This document shows, one piece after another, positions 20,170 through 32,683 of a stretch of DNA of 64,000 nucleotides (within the stretch, counting starts at the first letter, position 1; each line of letters opens with the position of its first letter). A model generated the notes under the pieces. It had not been told where the DNA came from, made no database searches, and worked only from the letters and a program-made list of their open reading frames with translations. The translations under genes were made by a program, and so were the position numbers. This stretch comes from an uncultured Alphaproteobacteria bacterium (GTDB taxonomy: Bacteria > Pseudomonadota > Alphaproteobacteria > CAZZKF01), in NCBI GenBank assembly GCA_964654995.1, contig CAZZKF010000003.1, positions 12,276-76,275 on the forward strand. The letters are read 5' to 3'.

Positions 20170-21489
20170 TTACCCCAGTTCCGGGTACAGCGGGAAGCGC
20201 CGACACAGATCGGCAACCCGGTCCCGGACGCTGCGCTCGATATCCCCGACAGCCTGCGGATCCCGCTCCAGCCCTTCGAGTATTTCAACGATCAGCCGGC
20301 CGATCAATTCAAACTCGGGCACACGGAAGCCGCGGGTGGTGCCGGCCGGCGTTCCCAGCCGGATGCCCGAGGCCTCCGCCGGTTTGCGCGGATCGAACGG
20401 AATGGCGTTCTTGTTGCAGGTAATGTTGGCGCGTCCCAGGGCCTGCTCGGCGTCGCGCCCGGTGACCCCGTGGGCCTGCATATCGAGCAGCAGCAGATGG
20501 GTATCGGTCCCGCCCGAGACGATATCGAAACCGGCGCGCTCCAGGGTTCGGCCCAGCGCCTGGGCGTTATCCAGAATGGCCTGCGCATAGGCCCGGAACG
20601 CCGGCGCCAGGGCCTCGCCGAAGGCCACCGCCTTGGCGGCGATCACATGCATCAAGGGCCCGCCCTGCAGACCAGGGAACACCGCCGAATTGATCTTCTT
20701 TCCGAGCGCCGGGTCGCGGGCAAGAATGGCGCCGCCGCGCGGACCGCGCAACGTCTTGTGGGTGGTGGTGGTGACGATGTCGGCGATCGGCACCGGATTG
20801 TCGTGAACGCCGCCGGCCACCAGCCCGGCGAAATGGGCCATGTCGACCATCAGATAGGCGCCGACCGCATCGGCGATCTGGCGGAAGGCGGCGAAATCGA
20901 TGGTGCGCGGGTAGGCCGAGCCGCCGGCGATGATCAGGCGCGGACGGTGCTTGCGGGCCAGGTCCTCGACCTCGTTCATGTCGATGCGCGCGTCCTCGCG
21001 CCGGACCCCGTACTGGACGGCATTGAACCATTTGCCGGACAGCGCCGGTGCCGCACCGTGGGTGAGATGGCCGCCGGCCGCCAGCGCCATGCCGAGGATG
21101 GTATCGCCCGGCTGACACAGGGCCAGCAACACGGCGCCATTGGCCTGGGCACCCGAATGCGGCTGGACATTGACGAATTCGCAAGCGAACAGCTTTTTCG
21201 CCCGCTCGATCGCCAGGGTCTCGGCGACGTCGACGTAGTCGCAGCCGGCGTAATAGCGCCGTCCGGGATAGCCTTCGGCGTATTTGTTGGTCAGCACCGA
21301 GCCCTGGGCCTCGAGCACCGCCAGGCTGACGAAGTTTTCCGACGCGATCAGCTCGATCTCGCGGCGCTGGCGCTCCAGCTCGCCGCGAATCGCCTGATAC
21401 AGCTCAGGGTCGCTTTCGGCCAGCGGCGAAGCCTGAACAACAGCCGGATTTTCGGTCGTCTCACCGATTTCGGACACGGACATCTGCAT
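20170..21489 (-). CDS. glyA: Serine hydroxymethyltransferase
   Basis: Full-length SHMT with the PLP-lysine motif [14 protein letters not shown]. The start is probably MQMSVSE at 21489. Confidence 0.95.
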   Translation of the reverse strand: MQMSVSEIGETTENPAVVQASPLAESDPELYQAIRGELERQRREIELIASENFVSLAVLEAQGSVLTNKYAEGYPGRRYYAGCDYVDVAETLAIERAKKLFACEFVNVQPHSGAQANGAVLLALCQPGDTILGMALAAGGHLTHGAAPALSGKWFNAVQYGVRREDARIDMNEVEDLARKHRPRLIIAGGSAYPRTIDFAAFRQIADAVGAYLMVDMAHFAGLVAGGVHDNPVPIADIVTTTTHKTLRGPRGGAILARDPALGKKINSAVFPGLQGGPLMHVIAAKAVAFGEALAPAFRAYAQAILDNAQALGRTLERAGFDIVSGGTDTHLLLLDMQAHGVTGRDAEQALGRANITCNKNAIPFDPRKPAEASGIRLGTPAGTTRGFRVPEFELIGRLIVEILEGLERDPQAVGDIERSVRDRVADLCRRFPLYPELG

Positions 21490-21524
21490 GGACTTTCCTT
21501 GAACCCTCGACACTGACTAGACGC

Positions 21525-21974
21525 TCACTCCGTCGGCGAGACCGACAGCTTTTCAACCCGGCGGGCATGGCGCCCGCCCTCGAAATCGGTGGCCAGAAAC
21601 TCCTGAAGACAGTCGCGGGCCACCTCGATGCCGATGATCCGGCTGCCCAGAGCCAGGACGTTGGCGTCATTGTGCTGGCGCGCAAGGCGCGCGGTCAAAC
21701 CGTTGTGGCAGACGGCGGCGCGGATCTGCGGAAAGCGGTTGGCGGCCATCGCAATGCCGATGCCAGTGCCGCAGACCACCACGCCGCGCTCCGCCCGGCC
21801 ATCGATGATCGCCCGGGCGACCGCGGCGCCGAAATCGGGGTAGTCGACCGAAGCCGTATCATGGGTGCCGAGATCGAGCACCGCGCAGCCGGCGTCTTCG
21901 AGGTCCTGCTTGAGAATTTCCTTGAGGTCGAACCCCGCGTGATCGGCGGCGACAGCAACCGTGATGTCTGGCAT
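21525..21974 (-). CDS. rpiB: Ribose-5-phosphate isomerase B
   Basis: MPDITVAVAADHAGFDLK...VVCGTGIGIAMAANR, the RpiB/LacAB signature. Confidence 0.85.
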   Translation of the reverse strand: MPDITVAVAADHAGFDLKEILKQDLEDAGCAVLDLGTHDTASVDYPDFGAAVARAIIDGRAERGVVVCGTGIGIAMAANRFPQIRAAVCHNGLTARLARQHNDANVLALGSRIIGIEVARDCLQEFLATDFEGGRHARRVEKLSVSPTE

Positions 21975-22313
21975 CGGCCGGGCCCCCGGCATATCTCCCG
22001 CCGGCAGGAGCGCTGGCGGGAATCGAGAGCCCGTTTCTTACCATATGTTGGTTGACGGCGCCAATATCCCACAAGGTCTCGCTGCCGCGAATGGCCGCAT
22101 TTTATCCGCCGCCGGCCGGACGCAGGGTTCGACGTGTCTGAAATAACGATTGCAGGGGAGCCATTCCGGTGGCCGCAGAACTTGTGATAGGATGGCAACT
22201 CGCGCCTGCAACATTCGGCGCAGCAAGCAAATGTTAATTAGTTGAGAGCTATCTTAACCATGGTGCCTTGTGCGGCGGCCCTGTCGGCCGCTCGCACGCA
22301 AGACAATAATGGA

Positions 22314-22742
22314 ATGTCTCTCATGACCGACCAGAAGCAGTCGCCCGTCCCCAGGGACGAACTCTTGCACATGGTCACCGATATTACGGCGGCCTATGTC
22401 GGCAACAACACGGTTGCAACCGACCAGGTGCCCGAGGTGATCACCGCCGTCTATCAGACTTTGGCGCATCTCGGCCAGGGCGATCAGGACCCGGCGACGC
22501 CACCGACACCGGCGGTGCCGATTCGCCGCTCCATCACTCCCGACTACATTGTTTGTCTGGAGGACGGCAAGAAGCTGAAGATGCTCAAGCGCTATCTGCG
22601 TTCGCGCTACGATCTGTCGCCCGAAGAGTATCGGCGCAAATGGGGCCTGCCGCCCGACTACCCGATGGTCGCCCCGAATTACGCCGCCCAGCGCTCGGCA
22701 TTTGCCAAGAAGATCGGACTGGGACGCAAGAAAAAGCGCTGA
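22314..22742 (+). CDS. Ros/MucR-family transcriptional regulator, zinc-ligand-deficient variant
   Basis: The C-terminus YRRKWGLPPDYPMVAPNYAAQRSAFAKKIGLGRKKKR is a diagnostic Ros/MucR tail. The canonical C-x2-C...H-x3/4-H is replaced by C-L-E-D ... K-R-Y-L-R-S-R-Y. An AT-rich promoter region lies upstream. Confidence 0.7.
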   Translation: MSLMTDQKQSPVPRDELLHMVTDITAAYVGNNTVATDQVPEVITAVYQTLAHLGQGDQDPATPPTPAVPIRRSITPDYIVCLEDGKKLKMLKRYLRSRYDLSPEEYRRKWGLPPDYPMVAPNYAAQRSAFAKKIGLGRKKKR

Positions 22743-22763
22743 CCGGCCACGCCGCAACCGGGT

Positions 22764-22964
22764 TCAACCGGACCGGCGGGCGAGCACGTATTCCAGCTTG
22801 TTGATCGCGTTGCGCGACAGCTCGGCCTTGCCGGCCGAGGCCGGTCCGATGATCGAAACTTCGATACCGGTGGCGGGATCGACGGCCGACACTTTCACCG
22901 ATTCACCAATGCGGCGAAATTCGATCAGATAGCCGTCGTCTCGGGGGGCGGTGGGTTCGGCCAT
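22764..22964 (-). CDS. Small conserved-looking hypothetical protein (66 aa)
   Basis: MAEPTAPRDDGYLIEFRRIGESVKVSAVDPATGIEVSIIGPASAGKAELSRNAINKLEYVLARRSG. Codon usage is consistent with the genome. It lies immediately downstream of hemA on the same strand, with no gap. Confidence 0.4.
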   Translation of the reverse strand: MAEPTAPRDDGYLIEFRRIGESVKVSAVDPATGIEVSIIGPASAGKAELSRNAINKLEYVLARRSG

Positions 22965-23009
22965 GTCGCGGCAGCTTTCGGCGCCGGTCAGCGCACCGGG
23001 TGCCGGCAT

Positions 23010-24236
23010 TCAGGCGGCGCAACGGATGTCGCGCGCGATGCCGTGGCGTTTCCACAGGGTGTCGAGCGCAACCACCAGCTCGTCCATCAGCTCATCGGTA
23101 TGCAGCGGCCCCGGGGTGAAGCGCAGGCGCTCGGTGCCGCGCGGCACGGTCGGATAATTGATCGGCTGCACGTAAATGCCGAATTCATCGAGGAGATCGT
23201 CGGAGACGCGCTTGCACAGAACCGGATCGCCGACCCACAGCGGCACGATATGGCTTTGTGACGGCATCACCGGCAGGCCGGCCGCCGCGAACTTGGCCTT
23301 CAATGTGGCGGCCCGTTCCTGATGGGACTCGCGCTCGGCATTGCTTTCCTTCAGGTGGCGGATGCTGGCCAGCGCCCCGGCCGCCAGGACCGGCGACAGA
23401 GAGGTCGTGAAGATGAAGCCCGGTGCATAGCTGCGGACCACGTCGATGACATTGGCGGCACCGGTGATGTAGCCGCCCATGACGCCGAACGCCTTGCCCA
23501 GCGTGCCTTCGATGATGGTCAGGCGGTGGGCGACCCCGTCACGTTCCGATATGCCGCCGCCGCGCGCGCCATAGAGGCCAACGGCGTGGACTTCATCGAG
23601 ATAGGTAAGTGCATTGTACTTGTCGGCGAGATCGCAGATCTCGGCCAGCGGCGCGATATCGCCGTCCATCGAATAGACGGACTCGAAGGCAATCAGCTTC
23701 GGCGCCTCGGGATCGGCCTGCGCCAGCAGTGCCTCCAGATGGTCGAGATCGTTGTGCCGGAAGATGCGTTTTTCGGCGCCTGAATGGCGGATCCCCTCGA
23801 TCATCGAGGCGTGATTCTTTTCATCCGAGAAGATGATGCAGCCGGGCAGCTTGCCGGCCAGCGTGCTCAGCGTCGCGGCATTCGAGTTGTAGCCCGAGCT
23901 GAACAGCAACGCCGCCTCCTTGCCGTGCAGGTCGGCAAGCTCGCGCTCGAGAAGCACATGGTAATGGTTGGTGCCGCTGATGTTGCGGGTGCCACCTGCC
24001 CCGGCGCCGACCTCGTGCAGCGCCTGCTCCATGGCGGCAATCACCTTGGGGTGCTGGCCCATCGCCAGATAGTCGTTGGAACACCAGACGACAATGTCCT
24101 GAACGTCATCATCGCCGTTGTAGCGGATGGCACGAGGAAATTCGCCGCGACGCCGCGCGACATCCATGAAAACGCGATAACGTCCCTCCGCCTTCAAGGC
24201 ATCGAGCGCGTCATCGAAAATCCGGTCGTAATCCAT
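23010..24236 (-). CDS. hemA: 5-aminolevulinate synthase
   Basis: Full-length ALAS with the PLP Lys motif FTTSLSP / TLGKAFG and conserved NDYLAM and [10 protein letters not shown]. Confidence 0.95.
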   Translation of the reverse strand: MDYDRIFDDALDALKAEGRYRVFMDVARRRGEFPRAIRYNGDDDVQDIVVWCSNDYLAMGQHPKVIAAMEQALHEVGAGAGGTRNISGTNHYHVLLERELADLHGKEAALLFSSGYNSNAATLSTLAGKLPGCIIFSDEKNHASMIEGIRHSGAEKRIFRHNDLDHLEALLAQADPEAPKLIAFESVYSMDGDIAPLAEICDLADKYNALTYLDEVHAVGLYGARGGGISERDGVAHRLTIIEGTLGKAFGVMGGYITGAANVIDVVRSYAPGFIFTTSLSPVLAAGALASIRHLKESNAERESHQERAATLKAKFAAAGLPVMPSQSHIVPLWVGDPVLCKRVSDDLLDEFGIYVQPINYPTVPRGTERLRFTPGPLHTDELMDELVVALDTLWKRHGIARDIRCAA

Positions 24237-24347
24237 GGGCAGGTCCCAAATCAAAAGTCAGTATACCATACCGCCGTTTGAGTTATATGGACATGATCTA
24301 GATCATGCAACGGCGACAAACCGCCGAACCGCCCGGCTCAATCCGGC

Positions 24348-24878
24348 TTAGAATGGGAACCGCAGAGCCTCGCTCCAGAACCGCTCGAGCTCGCGCAAGC
24401 CGGCGTTCAGCCCGTCAAGACCGTCGCGATCCAATGGACCCGCCTTGATCAACTGCTCGACCTGCCGGTTATACAGCGTCCCCAGCAGGTGGCAAATCTC
24501 GGCCCCCTTCTGGCTGACCCGGATACGCACGGCACGGCGATCGTGGGTTGCACGCTGATGTTCGAGATAGCCGTTTTCGACCAGTTTCTTCAGATTGTAG
24601 GAAACGTTGGAGCCGAGGTAATAGCCCCGGGTCCGGAGCTCGCCGGCGGTCAGTTCATGATCGCCGATGTTGAACAGCAGGAGCGCCTGAACGCTGTTGA
24701 TCTCGGTGATCGCGTTGGCATCGAGCTCCATCTTGATAACGTCGAGCATGCGCCGGTGCAGCCGCTCGATCAGCCGCATGGATTCAAGATACAGCGTGCG
24801 TGCCTGGCCCAGCGGCGATTCATCGCCGGCCAGCATCACGCTTTTCGATACCGGTCGCACCCTATCGCTCACAGTCAA
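24348..24878 (-). CDS. MarR-family transcriptional regulator
   Basis: A winged HTH (ITEINSVQALLLFNIGDHELTAGEL ... NLKKLVENGYLEHQRATHDRRAVRIRVSQKGAEI) typical of MarR. Confidence 0.7.
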   Translation of the reverse strand: MTVSDRVRPVSKSVMLAGDESPLGQARTLYLESMRLIERLHRRMLDVIKMELDANAITEINSVQALLLFNIGDHELTAGELRTRGYYLGSNVSYNLKKLVENGYLEHQRATHDRRAVRIRVSQKGAEICHLLGTLYNRQVEQLIKAGPLDRDGLDGLNAGLRELERFWSEALRFPF

Positions 24879-24990
24879 TACCCGTTTCTACCACCCGGAC
24901 TTATGCGAAGTCCGAGTGTATCGGCGGAACCCCTAACAATCCCTTAAACGTGAGGCGTTGCCGCCGAAAACCGGGGCCCGGGCTATCAGG

Positions 24991-27900
24991 CTACATGTTG
25001 CGCCGGTAACGTCCGCCGACCTCGAACAGCGCCTGGGTGATCTGGCCGAGCGAGCAGTGCTGGACCGCGTCCATCAGCACCTCGAAGATGTTTTCGCCGC
25101 GGGCCGCCGCCTGCTTGAGACGCTCGAGATGATGCGGCGCCTCAGCCGCATGGCGTTTCTGAAAGGCGCGCAGACGGGCAAGCTGGCTGTTTTTCACCTC
25201 GTCCGTGGAGCGCGCCAGCTCGATCACCTGTGGCTCGTCCGACGGCTCGTCGTCAAGGAAGGTGTTGACACCGATGATCGGCAGTGAGCCATCGTGCTTG
25301 CGGGTCTCATAAAGGATCGATTCCTCCTGGATGCGGCTGCGCTGATAGCCGGTTTCCATGGCCCCGAGGACGCCGCCGCGCTCTGCGATGCGCTCGAACT
25401 CGGCCAGCACCGCTTCTTCCACCAGGTCGGTGAGTTCCTCGATGATGAACGAGCCCTGGTTGGGATTCTCGTTCCTGGCCAGCCCCCATTCGTTGTTGAT
25501 GATCAACTGGATGGCCAGTGCCCGGCGCACGGACTCATGGGTCGGCGTGGTGATCGCCTCGTCATAGGCGTTGGTGTGCAGGCTGTTGCAATTGTCATAG
25601 GTGGCGATCAGCGCCTGCAGCGTCGTGCGGATGTCGTTGAATTCCATTTCCTGGGCGTGCAGCGAGCGGCCCGAGGTCTGGATGTGGTACTTGAGCTTCT
25701 GGGCGCGCTCGCGGGCGCCGTAGCGGAAACGCATGGCGGTGGCCCAGATGCGCCGCGCCACGCGCCCCAGCACGGCGAATTCGGGATCCATGCCGTTGGA
25801 GAAGAAGAACGACAGATTGGGCGCGAAATCGTCGATATGCAGGCCGCGCGCCAGATAGCTCTCGACATAGGTAAAGCCGTTGGCGAGCGTAAATGCGAGC
25901 TGGGTGATCGGGTTGGCACCGGCTTCCGCAATGTGATAGCCGGAAATCGACACCGAATAGAAATTGCGCACCTTGTTCTGGACGAAATATTCGGCAATGT
26001 CGCCCATCATGCGCAGCGCGAATTCGGTCGAAAAGATGCAGGTGTTCTGTCCCTGATCCTCTTTCAGGATGTCGGCCTGCACCGTGCCGCGGACGTTCTC
26101 CAGAACCCAGGCGCGGATCTTGTCGGCCTCGCCCTCGGTCGGGCTGCGGCCGTTGTCGCGCTCGAACTTCTCCAGCTGCTGGGCGATGGCGGTGTTGAGG
26201 AACATCGCCAGAATCGTCGGCGCCGGGCCGTTGATCGTCATCGACACCGAGGTCGAAGGATCGCACAGATCGAAGCCGTCGTAGAGCGCCTTCATGTCGT
26301 CAAGGGTGGCGATCGAGACCCCGGAATTGCCGATCTTGCCATAGATGTCGGGGCGCTCATCCGGATCGAAGCCGTAAAGGGTGACCGAATCAAACGCCGT
26401 GGACAGGCGCTTGGCCTTGGCGTGGCGTGAGAGATATTTGAACCGGCGGTTGGTCTGGAAGGCATCGCCCTCGCCGGCGAACATGCGGGCCGGCTCTTCC
26501 TCCTCGCGCTTGAAGGCGAAGACGCCCGCCGTATAGGGGAAGGAGCCCGGCAGATTTTCCTTCAAGAGCCATTTCAGAAGCTCGCCGTCGTCCTCGAACT
26601 TGGGGAGCGCCACCTTGGGGATCGAGCTTCCCGACAGCGTCGTGTGGCGGATCTGGGTGCGGATCTCGCGATTGCGGATGCGAACCACATATTCCTCGCC
26701 TGAATAGCTCTCGCGGACCTTGGGCCAGATATCGAGGAGCTTTTTCGCCCGCGGGTCCATGGCCTGCTCGCGGGTGTCCGCCAACGCATCGACATCACCA
26801 TGCGGCTTGCCCGCGTCGGCCAGCATGCGCGCGGTTTCGCGCAGGCTCTGGCGCTCGCGCGCCAGCCGCACCTGTTCGGCCACCGTCTTGTGATAGTCGC
26901 GCACGGTCTCGGCGATCTCGGCGAGGTAGCGCTGGCGCTTGGGCGGCAGGATCACGAAGGTGCCGGTCGAATGCCGGGTTTCGACCGGCTCCAGCCGCCC
27001 GCCTTCCCACTCGGCGAGGCCGCGCTTGCGGATCACGTCGATGAGGCCGTGATACAGCGCGGTGACCCCGTCGTCATTGAAGCGGGCGGCGATGGTGCCA
27101 TAGACCGGCATTTCCTCAAGCGGCGTCGAGAACAGCTCGTGATTGCGCTGAACCTGCTTGGCGACATCGCGCAGGGCATCCTCGGCGCCGCGGCGGTCGA
27201 ACTTGTTGATCGCCACCAGGTCGGCAAAGTCGAGCATGTCGATTTTCTCGAGCTGGCTCGGGGCGCCGTATTCCGGCGTCATGACGTAGAGCGACACATC
27301 GACCAGCGGCAGAATGCCGGCGTCGCCCTGGCCAATCCCCGGGGTCTCGACGACGATGACGTCGAAACCGGCGATGCGCACCGCATCGATGATGTCGGGC
27401 AGCGGCTTGGGAATCTCGCTGATCGATTCGCGGGTCGCCAGCGAGCGCATGAAAATGCCCGGATGATCGATGGCGTTCATGCGGATGCGGTCGCCCAGGA
27501 GCGCCCCGCCGGTGCGCCGGCGCGACGGATCGACGGCGACGATGGCGATCTTGAGGCGATCGGCAAAATCGAGCCGGAAGCGGCGGATCAGCTCGTCGGT
27601 GAGCGAGGACTTGCCGGCGCCGCCGGTGCCCGTAATGCCGATCACCGGCACGCTAGCGGCCGCCTCGGCGAGGTTGTGCAGGGCGCGGCGCATCTTGGCG
27701 TTCAGGGTGCCGGCCTCGAGCGCCGTAATAATGCGGGCAAGATCGCGCCAGTCGCCCGATTGCAAGCCTTCGAAATCGCCCGGCAGTTCGTGGGCGAGGT
27801 CATGATCGGCCAATCGGCGCATGTCGTCGATCATGCCCTTGAGACCCAAACGCTGGCCGTCGTAGGGCGAATAGATGCGGGTTACGCCATAGGCCTGCAG

Positions 27901-28260
27901 GGCCTCGATCTCATCCGGCACAATGACGCCGCCGCCGCCGCCGAACACCTTGATGTGCTCGCCGCCGCGCTCGCGCAGCATGTCGATCATGTAGCGGAAA
28001 TATTCCATGTGCCCGCCCTGGTACGAGCTGACGGCAATGGCATGCACGTCTTCCTGCAGGGCGGCGGTGACGATTTCCTCGACCGAGCGGTTGTGGCCCA
28101 GATGAATGACCTCGGCGCCAGCGGCCTGAAGAATGCGCCGCATGACGTTGATCGCCGCATCGTGGCCGTCGAACAGCGAGGTCGCGGTGACCACCCGGAT
28201 GCGGTTGCGCGCCTTGTAGAAAAACCGGTCCTGAACCACCTTTGCGGCCGGTTGCGCCAT
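24991..28260 (-). CDS. icmF: Fused isobutyryl-CoA mutase IcmF (B12-binding + MeaB-like GTPase + mutase catalytic domains)
   Basis: 1089 aa. N-terminal B12-binding DxHxxG ([10 protein letters not shown]), a central P-loop GTPase ([16 protein letters not shown]) and a C-terminal (beta/alpha)8 mutase domain. Confidence 0.88.
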   Translation of the reverse strand: MAQPAAKVVQDRFFYKARNRIRVVTATSLFDGHDAAINVMRRILQAAGAEVIHLGHNRSVEEIVTAALQEDVHAIAVSSYQGGHMEYFRYMIDMLRERGGEHIKVFGGGGGVIVPDEIEALQAYGVTRIYSPYDGQRLGLKGMIDDMRRLADHDLAHELPGDFEGLQSGDWRDLARIITALEAGTLNAKMRRALHNLAEAAASVPVIGITGTGGAGKSSLTDELIRRFRLDFADRLKIAIVAVDPSRRRTGGALLGDRIRMNAIDHPGIFMRSLATRESISEIPKPLPDIIDAVRIAGFDVIVVETPGIGQGDAGILPLVDVSLYVMTPEYGAPSQLEKIDMLDFADLVAINKFDRRGAEDALRDVAKQVQRNHELFSTPLEEMPVYGTIAARFNDDGVTALYHGLIDVIRKRGLAEWEGGRLEPVETRHSTGTFVILPPKRQRYLAEIAETVRDYHKTVAEQVRLARERQSLRETARMLADAGKPHGDVDALADTREQAMDPRAKKLLDIWPKVRESYSGEEYVVRIRNREIRTQIRHTTLSGSSIPKVALPKFEDDGELLKWLLKENLPGSFPYTAGVFAFKREEEEPARMFAGEGDAFQTNRRFKYLSRHAKAKRLSTAFDSVTLYGFDPDERPDIYGKIGNSGVSIATLDDMKALYDGFDLCDPSTSVSMTINGPAPTILAMFLNTAIAQQLEKFERDNGRSPTEGEADKIRAWVLENVRGTVQADILKEDQGQNTCIFSTEFALRMMGDIAEYFVQNKVRNFYSVSISGYHIAEAGANPITQLAFTLANGFTYVESYLARGLHIDDFAPNLSFFFSNGMDPEFAVLGRVARRIWATAMRFRYGARERAQKLKYHIQTSGRSLHAQEMEFNDIRTTLQALIATYDNCNSLHTNAYDEAITTPTHESVRRALAIQLIINNEWGLARNENPNQGSFIIEELTDLVEEAVLAEFERIAERGGVLGAMETGYQRSRIQEESILYETRKHDGSLPIIGVNTFLDDEPSDEPQVIELARSTDEVKNSQLARLRAFQKRHAAEAPHHLERLKQAAARGENIFEVLMDAVQHCSLGQITQALFEVGGRYRRNM

Positions 28261-28336
28261 GTCGGTCTCCAGTCCTCAACCCCTGTGAATTGCGGGCTCC
28301 GATAATCCTATCGCCAATTCGGCGGGAAAGTCTTAA

Positions 28337-29467
<1,131 letters not shown>

Positions 29468-29482
29468 GCAGGGAACGTCAAA

Positions 29483-30376
29483 CTAATCCTTCGCCGGCGG
29501 GCGCAGCCGGGCGATCAGGCTGGAGGTGTCCCAGCGCCCACCGCCCATTTCCTGCACCTCGGCGTAGAAGCGGTCGATCACCTCGGTGATCGGCAGCTCG
29601 ATGCCGAGGCGCCGGGCCTCCTCGAAGCACATCGCCAGGTCCTTGCGCATCCAGTTGACGGCAAAGCCGAAATCGAAGCGGCCTTCGATCATGGTGCCGG
29701 CGCGGTTGTCCATCTGCCAGGACTGGGCCGCGCCTTTCGAGATCACGTCGATCACAGCCGGCATGTCGAGGCCGGCCTCGAGCCCGAAATGGATCGCCTC
29801 GGCCAGCCCCTCGATGATGCCGGCGATGCAGATCTGATTGACCATCTTGGCGAGCTGGCCGGACCCCGCCGGACCCAGCAATCTGACCATACGGGCGTAA
29901 GCGCCGATCACCGGCTCGGCGCGCGCAAAGGCGGCTCTATCGCCGCCGACCATCACCGTAAGCACGCCATTCTCGGCCCCTGCCTGGCCGCCGGAGACCG
30001 GGGCGTCGAGGAAGGCGGCATCGCGTTCGGCCGCGGCCGCGGCCATCTCGCGGGCAAGCTCGGCCGAGGCAGTGGTGTGGTCGATGAACACTGCGCCCGA
30101 TGCCAGCCCGGCGAGGATGCCGTCATCGCCGTAGGCGATGGTGCGCACGTCGTCATCGGCGCCGACGCAGGAAAAGACGAAATCGGCGCTCTCGGCCGCC
30201 GCCCGTGGTGAGTCGGCCACGGCCACGTCATGGCCGGCACCATATGTCTCGCGCCAGGCCTCGGCCCGGGTCCGCGTCCGGTTGAACACGGCGACCCGGT
30301 GCCCGGCGGCGGCCAGATGTCCGGCCATCGGAAAGCCCATTACGCCTAGCCCGATGAACGCCACGTTTGCTGCCAT
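29483..30376 (-). CDS. NAD(P)-dependent beta-hydroxyacid dehydrogenase (3-hydroxyisobutyrate dehydrogenase family)
   Basis: MAANVAFIGLGVMGFPMAGHL Rossmann N-terminus and the catalytic Lys region GSGQLAKMVNQ, typical of HIBADH/MmsB. Confidence 0.75.
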   Translation of the reverse strand: MAANVAFIGLGVMGFPMAGHLAAAGHRVAVFNRTRTRAEAWRETYGAGHDVAVADSPRAAAESADFVFSCVGADDDVRTIAYGDDGILAGLASGAVFIDHTTASAELAREMAAAAAERDAAFLDAPVSGGQAGAENGVLTVMVGGDRAAFARAEPVIGAYARMVRLLGPAGSGQLAKMVNQICIAGIIEGLAEAIHFGLEAGLDMPAVIDVISKGAAQSWQMDNRAGTMIEGRFDFGFAVNWMRKDLAMCFEEARRLGIELPITEVIDRFYAEVQEMGGGRWDTSSLIARLRPPAKD

Positions 30377-30459
30377 TGTTATCTCCTCCGGCTGACCCCA
30401 TAGGCTCCCTGATCTATGCTAAGAGATGCCAGCTCGTCCAGCCGGGAGATCACGCCGCC

Positions 30460-31281
30460 ATGCAGGAAACGCCGGAAACAGAGACCCGGAAACGCACCCC
30501 TGTGCTCATCGCCCTGGTGGCCCAGGTTCTGGCCGGCATCGCCACCTTCGCCCTGTGGCAGCTCCTGCCCTGGGCCGAGCTGGCGCGCCCGGCGCCCGGC
30601 TGGTGGGTGATCGGCGACGGGGTGGCGGCCGCCGCCATCGGCGCCTATCTGGGCCTGCGGTGGTGGTGGGCGCCGCTCAACATCCTGATCCCGCCGGGCA
30701 TCGCCGGCATGCTGATGCTGAGCCTCCCGCCGTCGGTCTACTTCGCCGCTTTCGTGGCGCTGGCGCTGGTCTTCTGGAACAGCTCGGGCGAGCGCGTGCC
30801 GCTCTATCTGACCAACACCCGCACGGCGGAGGCGCTGGCCCGATTGCTGCCCGAGACGCCGGGGGCCACCTTCATCGATCTCGGGTGCGGGCCGGGCGGC
30901 CTGTTGCGCCGTCTGGCGCGGCGGCGCCCGGACATGGAGTTTGTCGGCGTCGAGACGGCACCGCTGGTCTTCGCGCTCGCCTGGCTGGCCGGCCGCATCC
31001 GGAGATGCCCGAATGTGCACTTGCGGCGCGCCAGCCTGTGGGATGAAAACCTCGCCGATTACGACGTCGTCTATTGTTTCCTGTCGACCGAGCCGATGCC
31101 GCGGCTGCTCGCCAAGGCCCGCCGCGAGATGCGCCCGGGCACGCGGTTGATCAGCAATTCCTTTGGCGTCGATGGCGAAGACCCGGACCTTTCGATCGAC
31201 ATCGATGACTGGAAATCGACCCGGCTTCTGGTTTGGGAAATGGGCCGATCAAGCGCGTCTAAAGCGACCCGTAAAGGGTGA
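30460..31281 (+). CDS. Membrane-anchored class I SAM-dependent methyltransferase
   Basis: 3-4 N-terminal TM helices are followed by a methyltransferase motif I (FIDLGCGPGGLLRRLA) and a post-I acidic residue. Start assumed at MQETPETE. Confidence 0.5.
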   Translation: MQETPETETRKRTPVLIALVAQVLAGIATFALWQLLPWAELARPAPGWWVIGDGVAAAAIGAYLGLRWWWAPLNILIPPGIAGMLMLSLPPSVYFAAFVALALVFWNSSGERVPLYLTNTRTAEALARLLPETPGATFIDLGCGPGGLLRRLARRRPDMEFVGVETAPLVFALAWLAGRIRRCPNVHLRRASLWDENLADYDVVYCFLSTEPMPRLLAKARREMRPGTRLISNSFGVDGEDPDLSIDIDDWKSTRLLVWEMGRSSASKATRKG

Positions 31282-31615
31282 ACAGCGCGTAGAACGCGCC
31301 GAGAAAGAAGGTGGCGCTGGAGATCGGCACGCAGATCAGGAACACCCACAGCATCGCCCCGCTGCCTTCGCGGAACTGGGCGAATCGACTGGCGATCAGT
31401 GCCGCGCCACCGGCCAGGGTGCCGATCGCGAACACCACCATCGCCGCATACACCGCTTCCTGCATCACCAGATCGCCGATCTCCCAGAAGCGGGGAATGA
31501 GACTGAAACAGGCGGCCAGGGCGCCGGCATTGGCAATCGTGGGATAGAGGGCAAAGCGTACGCTTTCGCGCCCGCGAAGCCCGACGCCCGACATGTCATG
31601 ATCGTCGCGGCTCAT
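31259..31615 (-). CDS. Small hypothetical membrane protein
   Basis: ~118 aa from MSRDDHDM, three predicted TM helices. Overlaps the end of the methyltransferase gene by ~20 nt. Confidence 0.3.
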   Translation of the reverse strand: MSRDDHDMSGVGLRGRESVRFALYPTIANAGALAACFSLIPRFWEIGDLVMQEAVYAAMVVFAIGTLAGGAALIASRFAQFREGSGAMLWVFLICVPISSATFFLGAFYALFTLYGSL

Positions 31616-31802
31616 GAAACAATTATGCCCCAAGGGCGATCCTGGGCGCGACAAAAAAACGCCGGCAACCAAGGATGGCCCCGGCCGGGCCGGACTAAAC
31701 CGATATTTAACCAAATCTTTCCATGATCGGGCCGTACACGTAGGCGGGTGTTTCTGCAGCGTCACGCCGGCGCGCTCGCGTTATCGGACGGCAGTCACAA
31801 GC

Positions 31803-32660
31803 ATGTTCTTCATCATCGGTTTAGTCGTCGTTTTTGGCTCCGTGCTCGGCGGCTATCTGCCTCACGGAGACATTCGCGTTCTGATTCAGCCGTTTGAATG
31901 GCTGATCATTCTGGGAGCCGGCACCGGTGCCTTCATTATCGCCAACCCGAAACCGATTCTGGTCGGCGTGGGCAAGCATTTCGCCCGCGTGCTCAAGGGA
32001 CCGCCGCACAACAAGGAAACCTATCTCGAGCTGCTCACCCTGCTCTACTCGATCTTCAAGCTGATCAAGTCGAAGGGCATGCTGGCGATTGAGCCGCACA
32101 TCGAAAACCCGCACGAAAGCAGCCTGTTTTCCAATTTTCCGAATTTTCTGAAAAACCACCATGCGGTCGAATTCGTCTGTGATTACCTGCGCATCATGAC
32201 CATGGGCTCGGAAGACCCCCATGTGCTTGAAGACCTGATGGACCAGGAGCTCGAGACTCACCACAGCGAGGCCCATGCAATCGCCGGCGCGATCACCAAC
32301 ATGGGCGATGCGCTCCCGGCCTTCGGTATCGTCGCCGCGGTGCTCGGCGTCATCGTCACCATGGCCAGCATCGCCGAGCCGCCGGAAATTCTCGGCGGGT
32401 TGATCGGTGCCGCCCTGGTTGGCACCTTTTTCGGCATTCTCATGTCCTATGGTCTGGTCTCGCCGGTCGGCAAATATCTGGAAAACTATGCGGCGGCCGA
32501 CGGCAAATACTACGAATGCATCAAGGCTGGCCTGCTCGCCCATCTGCAGGGCGCGGCCCCGGTGGTGTCGATCGAATTCGCGCGCAAGACCCTGTATGCA
32601 CACGAACGCCCGTCGTTCTTCGAACTCGAGGAGGCGATTGAAAACGCGCCCACCGCCTGA
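31803..32660 (+). CDS. motA: Flagellar motor stator protein MotA
   Basis: MFFIIGLVVVFGSVLGGY... 4-TM MotA/TolQ/ExbB topology with the conserved C-terminal helices (ALVGTFFGILMSYGLV). Confidence 0.88.
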   Translation: MFFIIGLVVVFGSVLGGYLPHGDIRVLIQPFEWLIILGAGTGAFIIANPKPILVGVGKHFARVLKGPPHNKETYLELLTLLYSIFKLIKSKGMLAIEPHIENPHESSLFSNFPNFLKNHHAVEFVCDYLRIMTMGSEDPHVLEDLMDQELETHHSEAHAIAGAITNMGDALPAFGIVAAVLGVIVTMASIAEPPEILGGLIGAALVGTFFGILMSYGLVSPVGKYLENYAAADGKYYECIKAGLLAHLQGAAPVVSIEFARKTLYAHERPSFFELEEAIENAPTA

Positions 32661-32683
32661 GGCGCGCCAACCGGGCCCCAATC

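Noticed and set aside
19768-21516. 582-aa plus-strand ORF antisense to nrdR/glyA
   Set aside because: It covers two well-supported minus-strand genes. No homology-like features.
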